A DNA stretch of 62,883 nt, counting the filler, from Babesia bigemina (taxonomy: Eukaryota): the NCBI RefSeq assembly GCF_000981445.1. It is 8 parts of 8 records of this genome, joined end to end, with 100 filler letters (N's around TTAATTAATTAA, not from the genome) between each part and the next. Parts side by side here need not be neighbours in the genome. Positions count along the whole stretch, not along the records: positions 44,026 to 47,548 come from NW_012237208.1; positions 47,649 to 50,033 come from NW_012237209.1; positions 50,134 to 58,329 come from NW_012237210.1; 5 more parts are not named here. One strand, 5' to 3'. The notes beneath the pieces were generated by a model. It did no database searches. It worked only from the letters and a program-made list of their open reading frames with translations, and was not told the origin of the DNA. This document shows, in pieces, positions 46,211 through 58,429 of this stretch. The number at the start of each line of letters is the position of its first letter. The stretch's first letter is position 1. The translations under genes were made by a program, and so were the position numbers.

Positions 46211-47548
46211 CTTGTTGATGCCGACCATTCTCTCACTGATGATGCTACTAGAAGAGCCTTGAAGGACATTGACTCCAAGCTCATTAGCCTTGGTCACCTT
46301 GCTGGACAGCTTGGAGGATTTGTTGGTCAAAGTGAGAGTGTTAAGAAAGCCGTTGTGAATGCTATTAAAGCCTATTTTGACAATAATCCAAGCCTTAAAA
46401 ATGACCTAAAAGATGTTTACTCTTCTCATGTTACTAAGCTTTCTGTGTCTGACAAGTCTGCTGACCAGGCTGATGACACCGTGAAAATTAGTGAGCTTAG
46501 TCAGCTAGTTAGTAAAGAAATTGCTAAAATCAGTGCAGAAATTGAGCATCTTGAAAAGCATAATAACCTCTATAATCACTCTCCCCCTTCCCTATCGCCC
46601 TCTGCTGACTCAGCCAAATTGCAGTCCAAGTTGGAGGCTTTGAAGAAGGTGAAGGAGCTTTGTGGATTTTATGAGAATTCTAATAATCAACAAAATGAGC
46701 CTAAAAATCTCTTAGATAACCTTTGTGACGGCCTCGAAACCTTCCTCGGCTTCAATCCATCTTCCAAAGGCTACACTGGCCAGGGGATTGTGTACTCGGA
46801 CCTGGATAGGCTGTGTGACGGGGTGATGGGATTTTTGAGTGGTGTGCTTGGTGCGGTGAAAAACACTCAGACATACAATGTCGGTAAAAATACATTACAA
46901 AACTTGGTAAGTAATGAAATTAACAATCATCTTTGCTCAGGGCACGAGGGCTTTAAAAGGCTTTTCGAAAAGTTGCCCAAGGAAATCGAGAAGTATAACA
47001 GGGACGTGAAAAAACAGAATGATGATATCACAGCCAAGATAAACAATTTAGAGATGCAGTTAAATACCATGAATGATAAGGTAAGTAAAGTTTTAGAAAA
47101 TGATGCTGTTTCAGGTACAACCAAGAAATCCGTGCAGGCTGTGACGTACAGTGAGGAGCACGTGGAATACGCTGTGATAAATATTAGGCAGTATCTTCGT
47201 GACTGTCAATATAATGCCGATAGATTCAACGAAGCATTCGACCTAGAACAAAGATTAGACATGCAAACTGCTGTTAATGATCTTAACTCTAAGTTACGTA
47301 ATGATGTACTTGTAGCCACGAAGGCAGTCAAACATGAAACACAGCGACTTGAGCAGTTGGCGCAGAAGGAGTGGGATGACTATAAATACATGAAGAGAAC
47401 GGTGAGAGCAACGATGGAGAGTCTGAAATTATCAGTTAACGGTGAGGTAAAATACCAGGTAGATGAACTAGTTAAGAAATTGAAAGAGAAGGTTACGGAA
47501 ATGAAAAATAACCTTGAACCAATTAGAGACAATCTCGGGGAATACATA
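46211..47548 (+). CDS. 5' fragment of a VESA/ves2-like antigen; doubled leader, out-of-frame ATG; carries the empty retrotransposon target site
   Basis: Frame opens after TAA 46208 as LVDADHSLTDDATRRALKDIDSKLISLGHLAGQ. Confidence 0.85.
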
Positions 47549-47794
47549 NNNNNNNNNNNNNNNNNNNNNNNNNNNNNNNNNNNNNNNNNNNNTTAATTAA
47601 TTAANNNNNNNNNNNNNNNNNNNNNNNNNNNNNNNNNNNNNNNNNNNNCCGCATGCCGCCTAACTCAATGCTCCTAACACTCCCATAGCCCCTTTACCGA
47701 ATATACATCGCTCCCTTATCCACTCAACATCCCTAGAAATACCTCGCCATAATACCGCAAGGACCCCCTTTAAACCACAATACTAACTTGTGCC

Positions 47795-50033
47795 TTGTCA
47801 CCCTTCACTACCCTTCTGACTGAGTCCATCCACTGGTTGATCCAGGTTAGGCATGGGAATGGTAAGGATGGTCCTACCCAGTTGGCTGAAGCTTTGAAAA
47901 AGTTGATTGAGGAGGCTATAGGTAACGCTACTAAGTCCCTTAAAGCCGAAAAATCTAAACTCGAATGCCCTGTTAAGTACAAGGGAAATGAGTCCACTTG
48001 CCAGTTCTACCAGAAGAAAATTGCTGAACTTGAAAAATCTCAAGAACTTGGAAAAAATTCAAATGGTTTTACTTCTAATGATCTTGAAGAAGCTAAACAA
48101 AAATGTGCCGCATCACATGAATATAAGCGTACCGATGCCCAGAAGAAAGCCTATGAGGACATTGACTCCAAGTTGAAACAGGTTGAAGAACTTAAAAAGA
48201 GTCTTGACAAATTCACTGAATCACTTGGTAAAAATGGTAATGAAAATATCCTTACTAACCTCTGCACTGGCCTCGAGAAATTCCTCGGCTTCAACACTGC
48301 TTCCCAAGGCTACCCTGGCCATGGCATTGTGTACTCTGACTTGGATAGGCTGTGTGACGGAGTGATGGGATTTTTGAGTGGGTGTGCTTGGTGCGGTGAA
48401 AAACGAAAATGAAGTGACAACTTATGATAAATACATCAGTGATGAAGATAAAAGACTTAATAAAGTAATTGAGAAACTGAATAATAAAATTGGCTCCGGG
48501 CGTACTGGGCTTGCGGCGTCTGTCGACGCGGTGCAGGGGTGGTTGGAAAAATATTGGACGCAGGTATGGAACTCAACAGGTACGGTAAATAAGAAGTTAA
48601 GCATGTTAATATATGACAAAATCGGTGACGAATGTATGAAATCTGTTTCAGTCAATGACACGAATCCACTTAATGAGCAGTTGGCCAATTGGTCCCGTGT
48701 CGTTGAGAAAATCAATAACGAGGTGAAGGGCATTTCCAGTGACGTCAGGGAATTAGATTCGTCGTTAAAGCAAAAAATAAGTAATGAGATGAAGCTAATT
48801 ATCAGCGGTGTTGTTTCGCTGGAGACGTCTCTAAAGGACAGGCCGTTTGTGAAGCAGGTGAATGAAGTTGATAGGCAGTTGAAGGAGCAGAAACAATATG
48901 TAGAAAAGACAATCAATGAGGGGAGTGAGAAGGTTCAAGAGAGCCTGAAACTGGAAAAAACCAAAATAACCCAATACATTGATATGAAGGGTGTTGAATT
49001 ACAACGGAATTTTCACTCTCAATTTTGGAAGATATGCGACAAATTGGGGGGGTTACGAGATGAGAGGAAGACAAACTTTTCTGCATTAAAATCAAATATA
49101 AATGACGCTCAAAAGTTAATAGAGTCATATATTGCGCACTTCGACGATAGATATAGGCATGCGATATCGAGGAAATTTGAAAACATAAAATCGCAAGTGC
49201 AGTATGTTGATTCTGATAATACGATATTTGCCTATGAGAAACGTTCGCTTATACAACAGGAAGTTACGGAACTCAAGTCTGCGATAGATGCAATAGGTTC
49301 GGAGTTGCAGAGACATGTTTTGAGCCTTGGGGATAAAATTAGACAGGCAGAATCGTTGCGCGCAACGGCATTTGATAATATTAGTGAGGTGTATAATAAA
49401 CTAGACACTTATAATCACGAAAAGAATAAGAGGGAGAAAACAAGGCTTGGTCAAGAAATTGATAAAATCAGCAGTTCCAACACCTTAATCAAGAATGGTC
49501 CAGATAGCGCACAAAAAGAGGTAGAAAAGTTAGTTACTGCAGTTACTGAGCAGGTTGGTCAGTTGGATGTGCAGATTCAAAAGGATCTTGACGAATTAAA
49601 ACGAGGCATGAATATTGACATTTTGGCCTACGTCTCGGGGTTGGTGAGAAATATGATGGAGGCTGCCAAGGAGGCAAGTCCTGGGTCAGTGGGCAGTGGC
49701 GGTAATGGTATTAAGAAACTTTTAGAAAAGATTGGAACCGATTCAACATTTCAGAAGTTAAAAGCATGGATACTAACTCTAGGTGATGAAGAGAAGAAAA
49801 ACTTAGAATCCGGCCTTTATGCTTTAAATGCTTACAGTAAGACGTCAACCAATGTATATTACGATACGCAAAATATCACGAAAGCTCTATATGAAGATAT
49901 TAAGGAGTCAGTTGGAAGCGCATTTATGGGTGCGGATTCAGATTCTTAGCTAGTAAGAACACTCCTGGGACCATATAGAGAGCACATTGAAAACGTCGGA
50001 AACAATACACTAAAAACCAAATTGGACGCCGTT
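47795..50033 (+). pseudogene. Partial VESA/ves2-like antigen with a +1 frameshift at ~48381 and a stop at 49947 (pseudogene or low-quality contig)
   Basis: Extra G in GAGTGGGTGTG versus GAGTGGTGTG in paralogs. From 48540 onward it is near-identical to 51512 onward. Confidence 0.7.
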
Positions 50034-50133
50034 NNNNNNNNNNNNNNNNNNNNNNNNNNNNNNNNNNNNNNNNNNNNTTAATTAATTAANNNNNNNNNNN
50101 NNNNNNNNNNNNNNNNNNNNNNNNNNNNNNNNN

Positions 50134-50720
50134 TCACGGCAGCGATGACATGGACACAGCAGCGATGACATGGTCACGGCAGCGATGACATGGTTACGGC
50201 AGCGATGACATGGACACGGCAGCGATGACATGGTCACGGCAGCGATGACATGGACACGGCAGCGATGACATGGTCACGGCAGCGATGACATGGTGATCAG
50301 AGTGGTATTTATCATCCACTCTACATCGCCCCTTTACCCACTCTACATCGCCCCTTTATCCACTCTACATCGCTCCCTAACCCACTCTACATCGCCCCTT
50401 TATCCACTCTACATCGCCCCTTTACCCACTCTGCATCGCCCCTTTATCCACTCTACATCGCTCCCTTATCCACTCCACATCGCTCCTTAACCCACTCTAC
50501 ATCGCCCCTTAACCCACTCTACATCGCTCCCTAACCCACTCTACATCGCCCCTTTTGTCCACTCTACATCGCTGCTTTATCCACTCCACATCGCCCCTTA
50601 ACCCACTCTACATCGCTCCTTTACCCACTCTACATCGCCCCTTAACCCACTCTACATCGCTCCCTAACCCACTCTACATCGCCCCTTTATCCACTCTACA
50701 TCGCCCCTTTATCCACTCTA
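50134..50720. repeat. 20-bp satellite (50134-50293) and 22-bp satellite (50313-50720)
   Basis: Direct reading. Confidence 0.93.
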
Positions 50721-50746
50721 CTATACCGCTATGACCTCTTTAAACC

Positions 50747-53700
50747 ATGATAATAACTTGTGCTATGTCACCCTTCACTTCCCTTCTGACTGAGTCCATC
50801 GACTGGTTGATCCAGGTTAGGTATGGGAATGGTGAAGGTGACCAAGGTCTTACCAAGTTGTCTCAAGCTTTGAAAAAGTTGATTGATGAGGCTATTGAGA
50901 AGGCTGAAAAGTCCCTAGAAGCCGAAAAATCTAAACTTGAATGCCCTGTTAAGTATAAGGGAAATGAGTCCACTTGCCAGTACTTTGGTAAACTACTCAA
51001 CAATTCTAATGCATCTAAAGGTACTGCGAATTCTAATTCTATATCCGATGTAGATAAGAAAAATTATCAGAAATTCATTGATGACTGCAAATCTTCCCAC
51101 TCCCGTAATCAGGACGCTGCTACTAAAAAAGCTTTGCAGGACATTGAGTCCAAGTTGTCTCAGGTTAACAAGCTTAAAGAGAGTCTTAAAGGATTGACTG
51201 AAGAAGAGAATTGTAAAAATCTTTTAGAAAACCTTTGTACTGGCCTCGAGACTTTCCTCGGCTTCAACTCTGCTTCCAAAGGCTACGATGGCCAGGGGAT
51301 AGTGTACTCTAACCTGGACAGGCTGTGTGACGGGGTGATGGGATTTTTGAGTGGTGTGCTAAGTGCGGTGAAGGATGATGATGCGGTTAAAAAATATGAT
51401 TTATATATTAAGAATGCCGATGAAAGATTAGCAAAACTTCTTAATAAACTCAAATCTTCAATAGGTAAGGGGTCTGCGGAATTTAGTACGCGGATTACAG
51501 AGGTGAGTCAGTGGTTGGAAAAATATTGGTCGCAGGTATGGAACTCAACAGGTACGGTAAATAAGAAGTTAAGCATGTTAATATATGACAAAATCGGTGA
51601 CGAATATATGAAATCTGTTTCAGTCCATGACACGAACCCACTTAATGAGCAGTTGGCCAATTGGTCCCGTGTCGTTGAAAAAATTAACACCGAGGTGAAG
51701 GGCATTTCCAGTGACGTCAGGGAATTAGATTCGTCGTTAAAGCAAAAAATAAGTAATGAGATGAAGCTAATTATCAGCGGTGTTGTTTCGCTGGAGACGT
51801 CTCTAAAGGACAGGCCGTTTGTGAAGCAGGTGAATGAAGTTGATAGGCAGTTGAAGGAGCAGAAACAATATGTAGAAAAGACAATCAATGAGGGGAGTGA
51901 GAAGGTTCAAGAGAGCCTGAAACTGGAAAAAACCAAAATAACCCAATACATTGATATGAAGGGTGTTGAATTACAACGGAATTTTCACTCTCAATTTTGG
52001 AAGATATGCGACAAATTGGGGGGGTTACGAGATGAGAGGAAGACAAACTTTTCTGCATTAAAATCAAATATAAATGACGCTCAAAAGTTAATAGAGTCAT
52101 ATATTGCGCACTTCGACGATAGATATAGGCATGCGATATCGAGGAAATTTGAAAACATAAAATCGCAAGTGCAGTATGTTGATTCTGATAATACGATATT
52201 TGCCTATGAGAAACGTTCGCTTATACAACAGGAAGTTACGGAACTCAAGTCTGCGATAGATGCAATAGGTTCGGAGTTGCAGAGACATGTTTTGAGCCTT
52301 GGGGATAAAATTAGACAGGCAGAATCGTTGCGCGCAACGGCATTTGATAATATTAGTGAGGTGTATAATAAACTAGACACTTATAATCACGAAAAGAATA
52401 AGAGGGAGAAAACAAGGCTTGGTCAAGAAATTGATAAAATCAGCAGTTCCAACACCTTAATCAAGAATGGTCCAGATAGCGCACAAAAAGAGGTAGAAAA
52501 GTTAGTTACTGCAGTTACTGAGCAGGTTGGTCAGTTGGATGTGCAGATTCAAAAGGATCTTGACGAATTAAAACGAGGCATGAATATTGACATTTTGGCC
52601 TACGTCTCGGGGTTGGTGAGAAATATGATGGAGGCTGCCAAGGAGGCAAGTCCTGGGTCAGTGGGCAGTGGCGGTAATGGTATTAAGAAACTTTTAGAAA
52701 AGATTGGAACCGATTCAACATTTCAGAAGTTAAAAGCATGGATACAAACTCTAGGTGATGAAGAGAAGAAAAACTTAGAATCCGGCCTTTATGCTTTAAA
52801 TGCTTACAGTAAGACGTCAACCAATGTATATTACGATACGCAAAATATCACGAAAGCTCTATATGAAGATATTAAGGAGTCAGTTGGAAGCGCATTTATG
52901 GGTGCGGATTCAGATTCTAAGCTAGTAAGAACACTCATGGGACAATATAGAGAGCACATTGAAAACGTCGGAAACAATACACTAAAAACAAAATTGGACG
53001 CCGTTAAGGGAGACGCATTAACGGCTATCAGGAGTATTATACGACCAGAGACCGGCACGATTGCGTTTTCCATATCACAAATTCAGTCGCAGCTGGAAGA
53101 ACTTAGGACAAAATTGCATAATGACGTTATCAGAAAGCTCGATGAACTACGAAACAAACTGGGGAAAGATGCTCAAGATACCGGTGAATTAAGCCTCGGA
53201 CAACTTAAAAACGAAATTAGCAATATACAAATGAATCAGATTACTAATGAAACTAGCAAAGTTCAAACACTTATGCAGGCAATACTTGGCAAAATAAGTA
53301 TGCTTGAGAAGGCCCCTAAATTCGTTGACGAAAGAAAAAAAGAGGTTGAAGCGTTGATGGATGAGTTACGGTCTGAATTCGTGCAACTGCAGAACGATAT
53401 GAATTACATTAGTGCTGTTGTAAACGCCGCCGATGTCACCTTAAGCAATGGCATTGATTCGGTTGGTGAGGCGCTTAAGGCAGCTGAACAGAACGCATAT
53501 GACGTAATTTCTACGCTGCAGTCTGAGCTCAGTGATACAGTCCGACAAGCGTTCAACGATTTGCAACTATCCGTTTCTTACTTCAAATCCCAACTTCTCT
53601 CTGACGTCGACGCCTCATTCGCCAAAGTGTCCTATGAAGTCAAACAACTTTTCGCTAAACAAAAAAAAGCTGACCTGAGATCGCTACAAGCCTTGGTGTC

Positions 53701-56524
53701 GAGACAATTAAAAACCATTAAAATCATCATTGAAAAGGATTTATCGAGCGGAGTGAAGGGATTCTTAAAGACCATGGGAGACGTCTCGGTCGAGACTACA
53801 ACCCTCACCGTTTCCCCCAAGAAGCTCAACGCATTGAAAGATAAAGATACCGTCGCTGCTCTGTCCACTGGCTTCCAGTCCCTCTTCATGATGCTTAAGG
53901 ATTACATAAAGAAAGATATTACAAGGGTGCATAACGAGCATAAGAACGCTACTGATCCGGAGGGGAGCGAGGTGCTCTACACTGAAAAGCTGCTAAATGT
54001 CACGCTCTCACTCAGTGCCCTACTCTTAAACATCAAGAATAAAAATAGATACGATCATCGCGTCCCCGGGATGCTGGACGTATTGTCCGATACGATTGCT
54101 GGTCTCACTCCACAAGGCTTCGCCAAGCACACAACACCTGTTCTGGATTGCGTCACCAAAGGCGTTACTAATTTTGTCGGCGAACTGCAGAACGCGTACA
54201 TATCCGTTTATGACGGTCAGGCATTCACGAGCGAGCTATGTCAAGTCATTGGACACGAATCTAACCCCCGGGAACCAAGGACGATATATGATCAGACTGA
54301 CTACGGTCAGAAGTGCGCGAAAGTATTCTTGACTCTACTGGCGACGCTATTTAATGATTGTGAGAAGTTGAGGAAGATATGTCAAGAAACGCCATTTAAT
54401 CACATATACAGATCTTACCCGAGATATGATAATAAGCTCGGAGATTTCTTCAGCTATCATGGATTCAGTGTTTCTATGTTTCGTGATTCGCATGAGGGCG
54501 AGTTGAGGAATAAGGCAAATTTCACTGGCACAGATATTCATGCGATGATCCACGAAAAAATTTTTGACGTTTCCGCAATTAACCTTTTGAAACAGTGGAT
54601 GACTAAAAAGAACAAGGCAAGCGACGTAGCTTCTACTGATGCAGATAACATGAGTCTTCTCGACATACTTCAGTTCCTGTACGAGTGCCTTGAAACGTAT
54701 TACCGTGTCTGCCACGTAACCAGTTCCTCAACCGGCAAACATCCATCGTCCGTCTACGATATGCTGCTTTGGCTGACCGGTCTAACCCATAATCGCGTGT
54801 ACACAGATCTGGCACTTAACGGCTTTGAAGATTTATTTGAGAAGCCTAAGGACGATGATGCCGTTGAAGCTAATACGGAAGACGGTATAGCTGTTGGCGT
54901 TGAAAAAGAAGTATCGCTAGCAGCCTATCCTCACGATATCACGGTTCCAAGATTATCGGCCAGCCTTCGCGACGTCTGCGTCTATTCCGAAGAAATGCTT
55001 GTTGCCATCATGGGTCACGGCCATTCTGAAGGCCGTTACGCTTGCGATTTCAATACCAACCCGGACAAATTTGCGTATCCCAGCGACCCATCCAAGTGCT
55101 TGGACATGCTTTTTGAAATTTTGCTTAGACTTCAAGAGCAACTCTACTTGCTCTATATGCGCTGTCGGCGTACCAGAGATACGATGAGTTGGCGTGAGTG
55201 TTGGTATGGCCGTGGCGTCGGCGGTTCGTCATGGAAGTGCAATACCATGCAATGTCCTGAGCAAATCTCCAACCAAAGTGCTGACCAAAAGCATAAGCAA
55301 ACATGTAACCAAAACTGCAACCAAACAGCTGAGTGCGGTATTAAGTCACCCTTGCAATCTTTCCTCGAAGACGGGCTTCCCGGTTTTCTGCCGCACCCGT
55401 ACAGCAAAGCTGACTGCAAGATGACTTGCTCACTTGCTAACCACCGGGGCATACCGTGCAAAACACCGATGGGTTTTAGTGACATAAGCGTAATGGCGTC
55501 GCATACTAGTAAGGGTGAGCGAATCGTGGAAGCCCTTCGTGACGTCTGTGGTAGTAAGCATTCTCCTCTTAGCCAGCTCTGCAGTCTCCTGCTGTGTCTC
55601 CTAAACAGACCGCCGCAAACGCTCGGAGATATGTTCGCATTCTACTACAACTTCATCTCTAATTGGGGTGGAAAGGGGCGTGAGCATAAGAGTGATGCGT
55701 TCAACGGCGCGGTTAATGACGCCTATTTCGGGGCGGAGTATCAAGACTTCACCATTAAAAATGTATTCGGTTCACACATACACGACAAGAACAATCATCC
55801 CAAGGGTGACCTGTTTGGTTTGGTAGACTGTTACTCTGGTAAGGGTGACAGGACACCCAAAGGTTCTTGCGGTCCGTACATGAGGCCAATTAGCGGTGAC
55901 ATCCGCAACACATTTTCGAGCAAGCACGCCGGCACTTATCTTTCATGGATCGTCTACATCACAGAGACGTTTTATGACTTGCTTAAGAAATTATTCGAAG
56001 AATGCAACAAATGTTGCGGCGACGATAAACCGAAGTGCCGTACTGCACGGTGCTCACGAAATTGTAATTTCAATGGCAAGAAGCCAGACCCCAATCACGC
56101 CGATTCATGTGAGTCCATTGTCAAATGCAAGTTTACCAGGCCGACGCTGTACAAATATGGCTTCGTAAATGAAGACGCATTGATGCTTGCCGATAAGCCA
56201 ACCAAACGCACGTGCAAAGATTTCTGCAAGGCCCTAAAAACTGTTCTCAGTGATAAAGTAGATGACGACGCGGCACTTGCAAAGTTGGTATATGTAACGA
56301 TTCCAGAATTCCTATACCAGATCCGTTTCCCCTTCATGACCTTAACCCTTTCCCTCTGGCTCCTCTCTCTGTTGTACCTCATCCACATCATGGTCATCCG
56401 CCTCGACCTGCTCCACATCAAATCGCATTTGCACTCACCCTCATCACATCGTATCGCCGCTCAGTCACTACTTGCTGCTGCTCGCGTTAACAAGCTTAAC
56501 AGGGTGTTTTATCTGCAACCATAA
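50747..56524 (+). CDS. VESA/ves2-like antigen, class 1 tail, ESIDWLIQV-type N-terminus (1925 aa)
   Basis: In-frame ATGs at 50747 and 50765, family motifs, TM helix, VNKLNRVFYLQP. Confidence 0.92.
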   Translation: MIITCAMSPFTSLLTESIDWLIQVRYGNGEGDQGLTKLSQALKKLIDEAIEKAEKSLEAEKSKLECPVKYKGNESTCQYFGKLLNNSNASKGTANSNSISDVDKKNYQKFIDDCKSSHSRNQDAATKKALQDIESKLSQVNKLKESLKGLTEEENCKNLLENLCTGLETFLGFNSASKGYDGQGIVYSNLDRLCDGVMGFLSGVLSAVKDDDAVKKYDLYIKNADERLAKLLNKLKSSIGKGSAEFSTRITEVSQWLEKYWSQVWNSTGTVNKKLSMLIYDKIGDEYMKSVSVHDTNPLNEQLANWSRVVEKINTEVKGISSDVRELDSSLKQKISNEMKLIISGVVSLETSLKDRPFVKQVNEVDRQLKEQKQYVEKTINEGSEKVQESLKLEKTKITQYIDMKGVELQRNFHSQFWKICDKLGGLRDERKTNFSALKSNINDAQKLIESYIAHFDDRYRHAISRKFENIKSQVQYVDSDNTIFAYEKRSLIQQEVTELKSAIDAIGSELQRHVLSLGDKIRQAESLRATAFDNISEVYNKLDTYNHEKNKREKTRLGQEIDKISSSNTLIKNGPDSAQKEVEKLVTAVTEQVGQLDVQIQKDLDELKRGMNIDILAYVSGLVRNMMEAAKEASPGSVGSGGNGIKKLLEKIGTDSTFQKLKAWIQTLGDEEKKNLESGLYALNAYSKTSTNVYYDTQNITKALYEDIKESVGSAFMGADSDSKLVRTLMGQYREHIENVGNNTLKTKLDAVKGDALTAIRSIIRPETGTIAFSISQIQSQLEELRTKLHNDVIRKLDELRNKLGKDAQDTGELSLGQLKNEISNIQMNQITNETSKVQTLMQAILGKISMLEKAPKFVDERKKEVEALMDELRSEFVQLQNDMNYISAVVNAADVTLSNGIDSVGEALKAAEQNAYDVISTLQSELSDTVRQAFNDLQLSVSYFKSQLLSDVDASFAKVSYEVKQLFAKQKKADLRSLQALVSRQLKTIKIIIEKDLSSGVKGFLKTMGDVSVETTTLTVSPKKLNALKDKDTVAALSTGFQSLFMMLKDYIKKDITRVHNEHKNATDPEGSEVLYTEKLLNVTLSLSALLLNIKNKNRYDHRVPGMLDVLSDTIAGLTPQGFAKHTTPVLDCVTKGVTNFVGELQNAYISVYDGQAFTSELCQVIGHESNPREPRTIYDQTDYGQKCAKVFLTLLATLFNDCEKLRKICQETPFNHIYRSYPRYDNKLGDFFSYHGFSVSMFRDSHEGELRNKANFTGTDIHAMIHEKIFDVSAINLLKQWMTKKNKASDVASTDADNMSLLDILQFLYECLETYYRVCHVTSSSTGKHPSSVYDMLLWLTGLTHNRVYTDLALNGFEDLFEKPKDDDAVEANTEDGIAVGVEKEVSLAAYPHDITVPRLSASLRDVCVYSEEMLVAIMGHGHSEGRYACDFNTNPDKFAYPSDPSKCLDMLFEILLRLQEQLYLLYMRCRRTRDTMSWRECWYGRGVGGSSWKCNTMQCPEQISNQSADQKHKQTCNQNCNQTAECGIKSPLQSFLEDGLPGFLPHPYSKADCKMTCSLANHRGIPCKTPMGFSDISVMASHTSKGERIVEALRDVCGSKHSPLSQLCSLLLCLLNRPPQTLGDMFAFYYNFISNWGGKGREHKSDAFNGAVNDAYFGAEYQDFTIKNVFGSHIHDKNNHPKGDLFGLVDCYSGKGDRTPKGSCGPYMRPISGDIRNTFSSKHAGTYLSWIVYITETFYDLLKKLFEECNKCCGDDKPKCRTARCSRNCNFNGKKPDPNHADSCESIVKCKFTRPTLYKYGFVNEDALMLADKPTKRTCKDFCKALKTVLSDKVDDDAALAKLVYVTIPEFLYQIRFPFMTLTLSLWLLSLLYLIHIMVIRLDLLHIKSHLHSPSSHRIAAQSLLAAARVNKLNRVFYLQP

Positions 56525-56647
56525 TCGTACTCACGTGTTTACTATCTACACTCACCTAGCATATCACCTACTCACCTATACAACTAATTGTTGTCTAATG
56601 TTTTGAATCACTCATTAACCGTTGTACGTGATTGTGTAATAGTTAAC

Positions 56648-58224
56648 TAAAGTGCTGAACAATGTGCTGACCAAAGTGCTGCCCAAAGTGTTGACCAAGG
56701 TGCTGACCAAGATGCTGACCAATGTGCTGACCAAAGTGGTGACCAATGTGCTGACCAAGGTGCTGACCAATGTGCTGACCAAGGTGCTGACCTATGTGCT
56801 GACCAACGTGGTGACCAATGTGCTGACCAACGTGATGACAGTAGATGGTTACGGCAGCGATGTCATGGTGACGGCAGCGATGACATGGTTACGGCAGCGA
56901 TGACATGGTTACGGCAGCGATGACATGGTCACGGCAGCGATGTCATGGTGACGGCAGCGATGACATGGTTACGGCAGCGATGACATGGTTACGGCAGCGA
57001 TGACATGGTCACGGCAGCGATGACATGGTCACGGCAGCGATGACATGGTTACGGCAGCGATGACATGGTCACGGCAGCGATGACAGAGTCACGGCAGCGA
57101 TGACATGGTTACGGCAGCGATGACAGTGGTGACCAAGTTGATGACATGGTGACCAAGTTGACGACATGGTTACGGCAGCGATGACATGGTTACTGCAGCG
57201 ATGACAGGGTCACGGCAGCGATGGCATGGTCACGGCAGCGATGACATGGTCACGGCAGCGATGGCATGGTTACAAGTGGTGATTAGTATCCACTCTACAT
57301 CGCCCCTTTATCCACTCTACATCGCCTTTTCACCCACTCTACATCGCCCCTTATCCACTCTACGTCGCCCCTTTACCCACTCTACATCGCTCCCTTACCC
57401 ACTCTACATCGCTCCCTAACCCACTCTACATCGCCCCTTCATCCACCTTTCATCGCTCCCTAACCCACTCTACATCGCTCCCTAACCCTCTCTACATCGC
57501 CCTTTTACCCACTCTATATCGCTCCTAACCCACTCTACATCGCCCCTTTACCCACTCTACATCGCCCCTTAACCCACTCTACATCGCCCCTTAACCCACT
57601 CTACATCGCCCCTTTATCCACCTTACATCGCCCTTTTACCCACTCTACATCGCTCCTTATCCACTCTACATCGCTCCCTAACCCACTCTACATCGCTCCC
57701 TAACCCACTCCACATCGCTCCCTAACCCACTCTACATCGCCTTTTTATCCACTCTACATCGCCCCTTTATCCACCTTACATCGCTCCCTAACCCACTCTA
57801 CATCGCCCCTTTGTCCACTCTACATCGCCCCTTTACCCACTCTACATCGCTCCCTTATCCACTCTACATCGCTCCTTTACCCACTCTACATGGCTCCTTC
57901 ACCCACTCTACATCGCTCCCTAACCCACTCCTCATCGCTCCCTAACCCACTCTACATCGCCCCTTTATCCACCCTACATCGCTCCTTAACCCACTCTACA
58001 TCGCCCCTTTACCCACTCCACATCGCTCCTTTACCCACTCCACATCGCTCCCTGACCCACTCCACATCGCTCTCTAACCCACTCTACATCGCCCCTTTAT
58101 CCACTCTACATCGCTCCCTGACCCACTCTACATCGCTCCTTTATCCACTCTACATCGCTCCCTAACCCACTCCACATCGCTCCTCTATCCACTCCACATC
58201 GCTCCCTTATCCACTCTACATCCC
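56648..58224. repeat. 12-bp (56648-56835), 20-bp (56846-57272) and 22-bp (57288-58224) repeats
   Basis: Same spacer order as elsewhere. Confidence 0.94.
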
Positions 58225-58250
58225 TTGAATCACCTCGCCATAATACCGCT

Positions 58251-58329
58251 ATGACCTCTATCCACCATGGCAATAACTTCTGCCTTGTCACCCTTCACCT
58301 CCCTTCTTCCACCTCTTGCCACTGCCCTG
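58251..58329 (+). CDS. Leader/start of another antigen gene (cut by gap)
   Basis: CCATAATACCGCTATGACCTCT leader, MTSIHHGNNFCLVTL. Confidence 0.7.
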
Positions 58330-58429
58330 NNNNNNNNNNNNNNNNNNNNNNNNNNNNNNNNNNNNNNNNNNNNTTAATTAATTAANNNNNNNNNNNNNNN
58401 NNNNNNNNNNNNNNNNNNNNNNNNNNNNN

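Noticed and set aside
49920..50033. Premature TAG at 49947
   Set aside because: Clustered with other mismatches at a contig end; likely base-call error.
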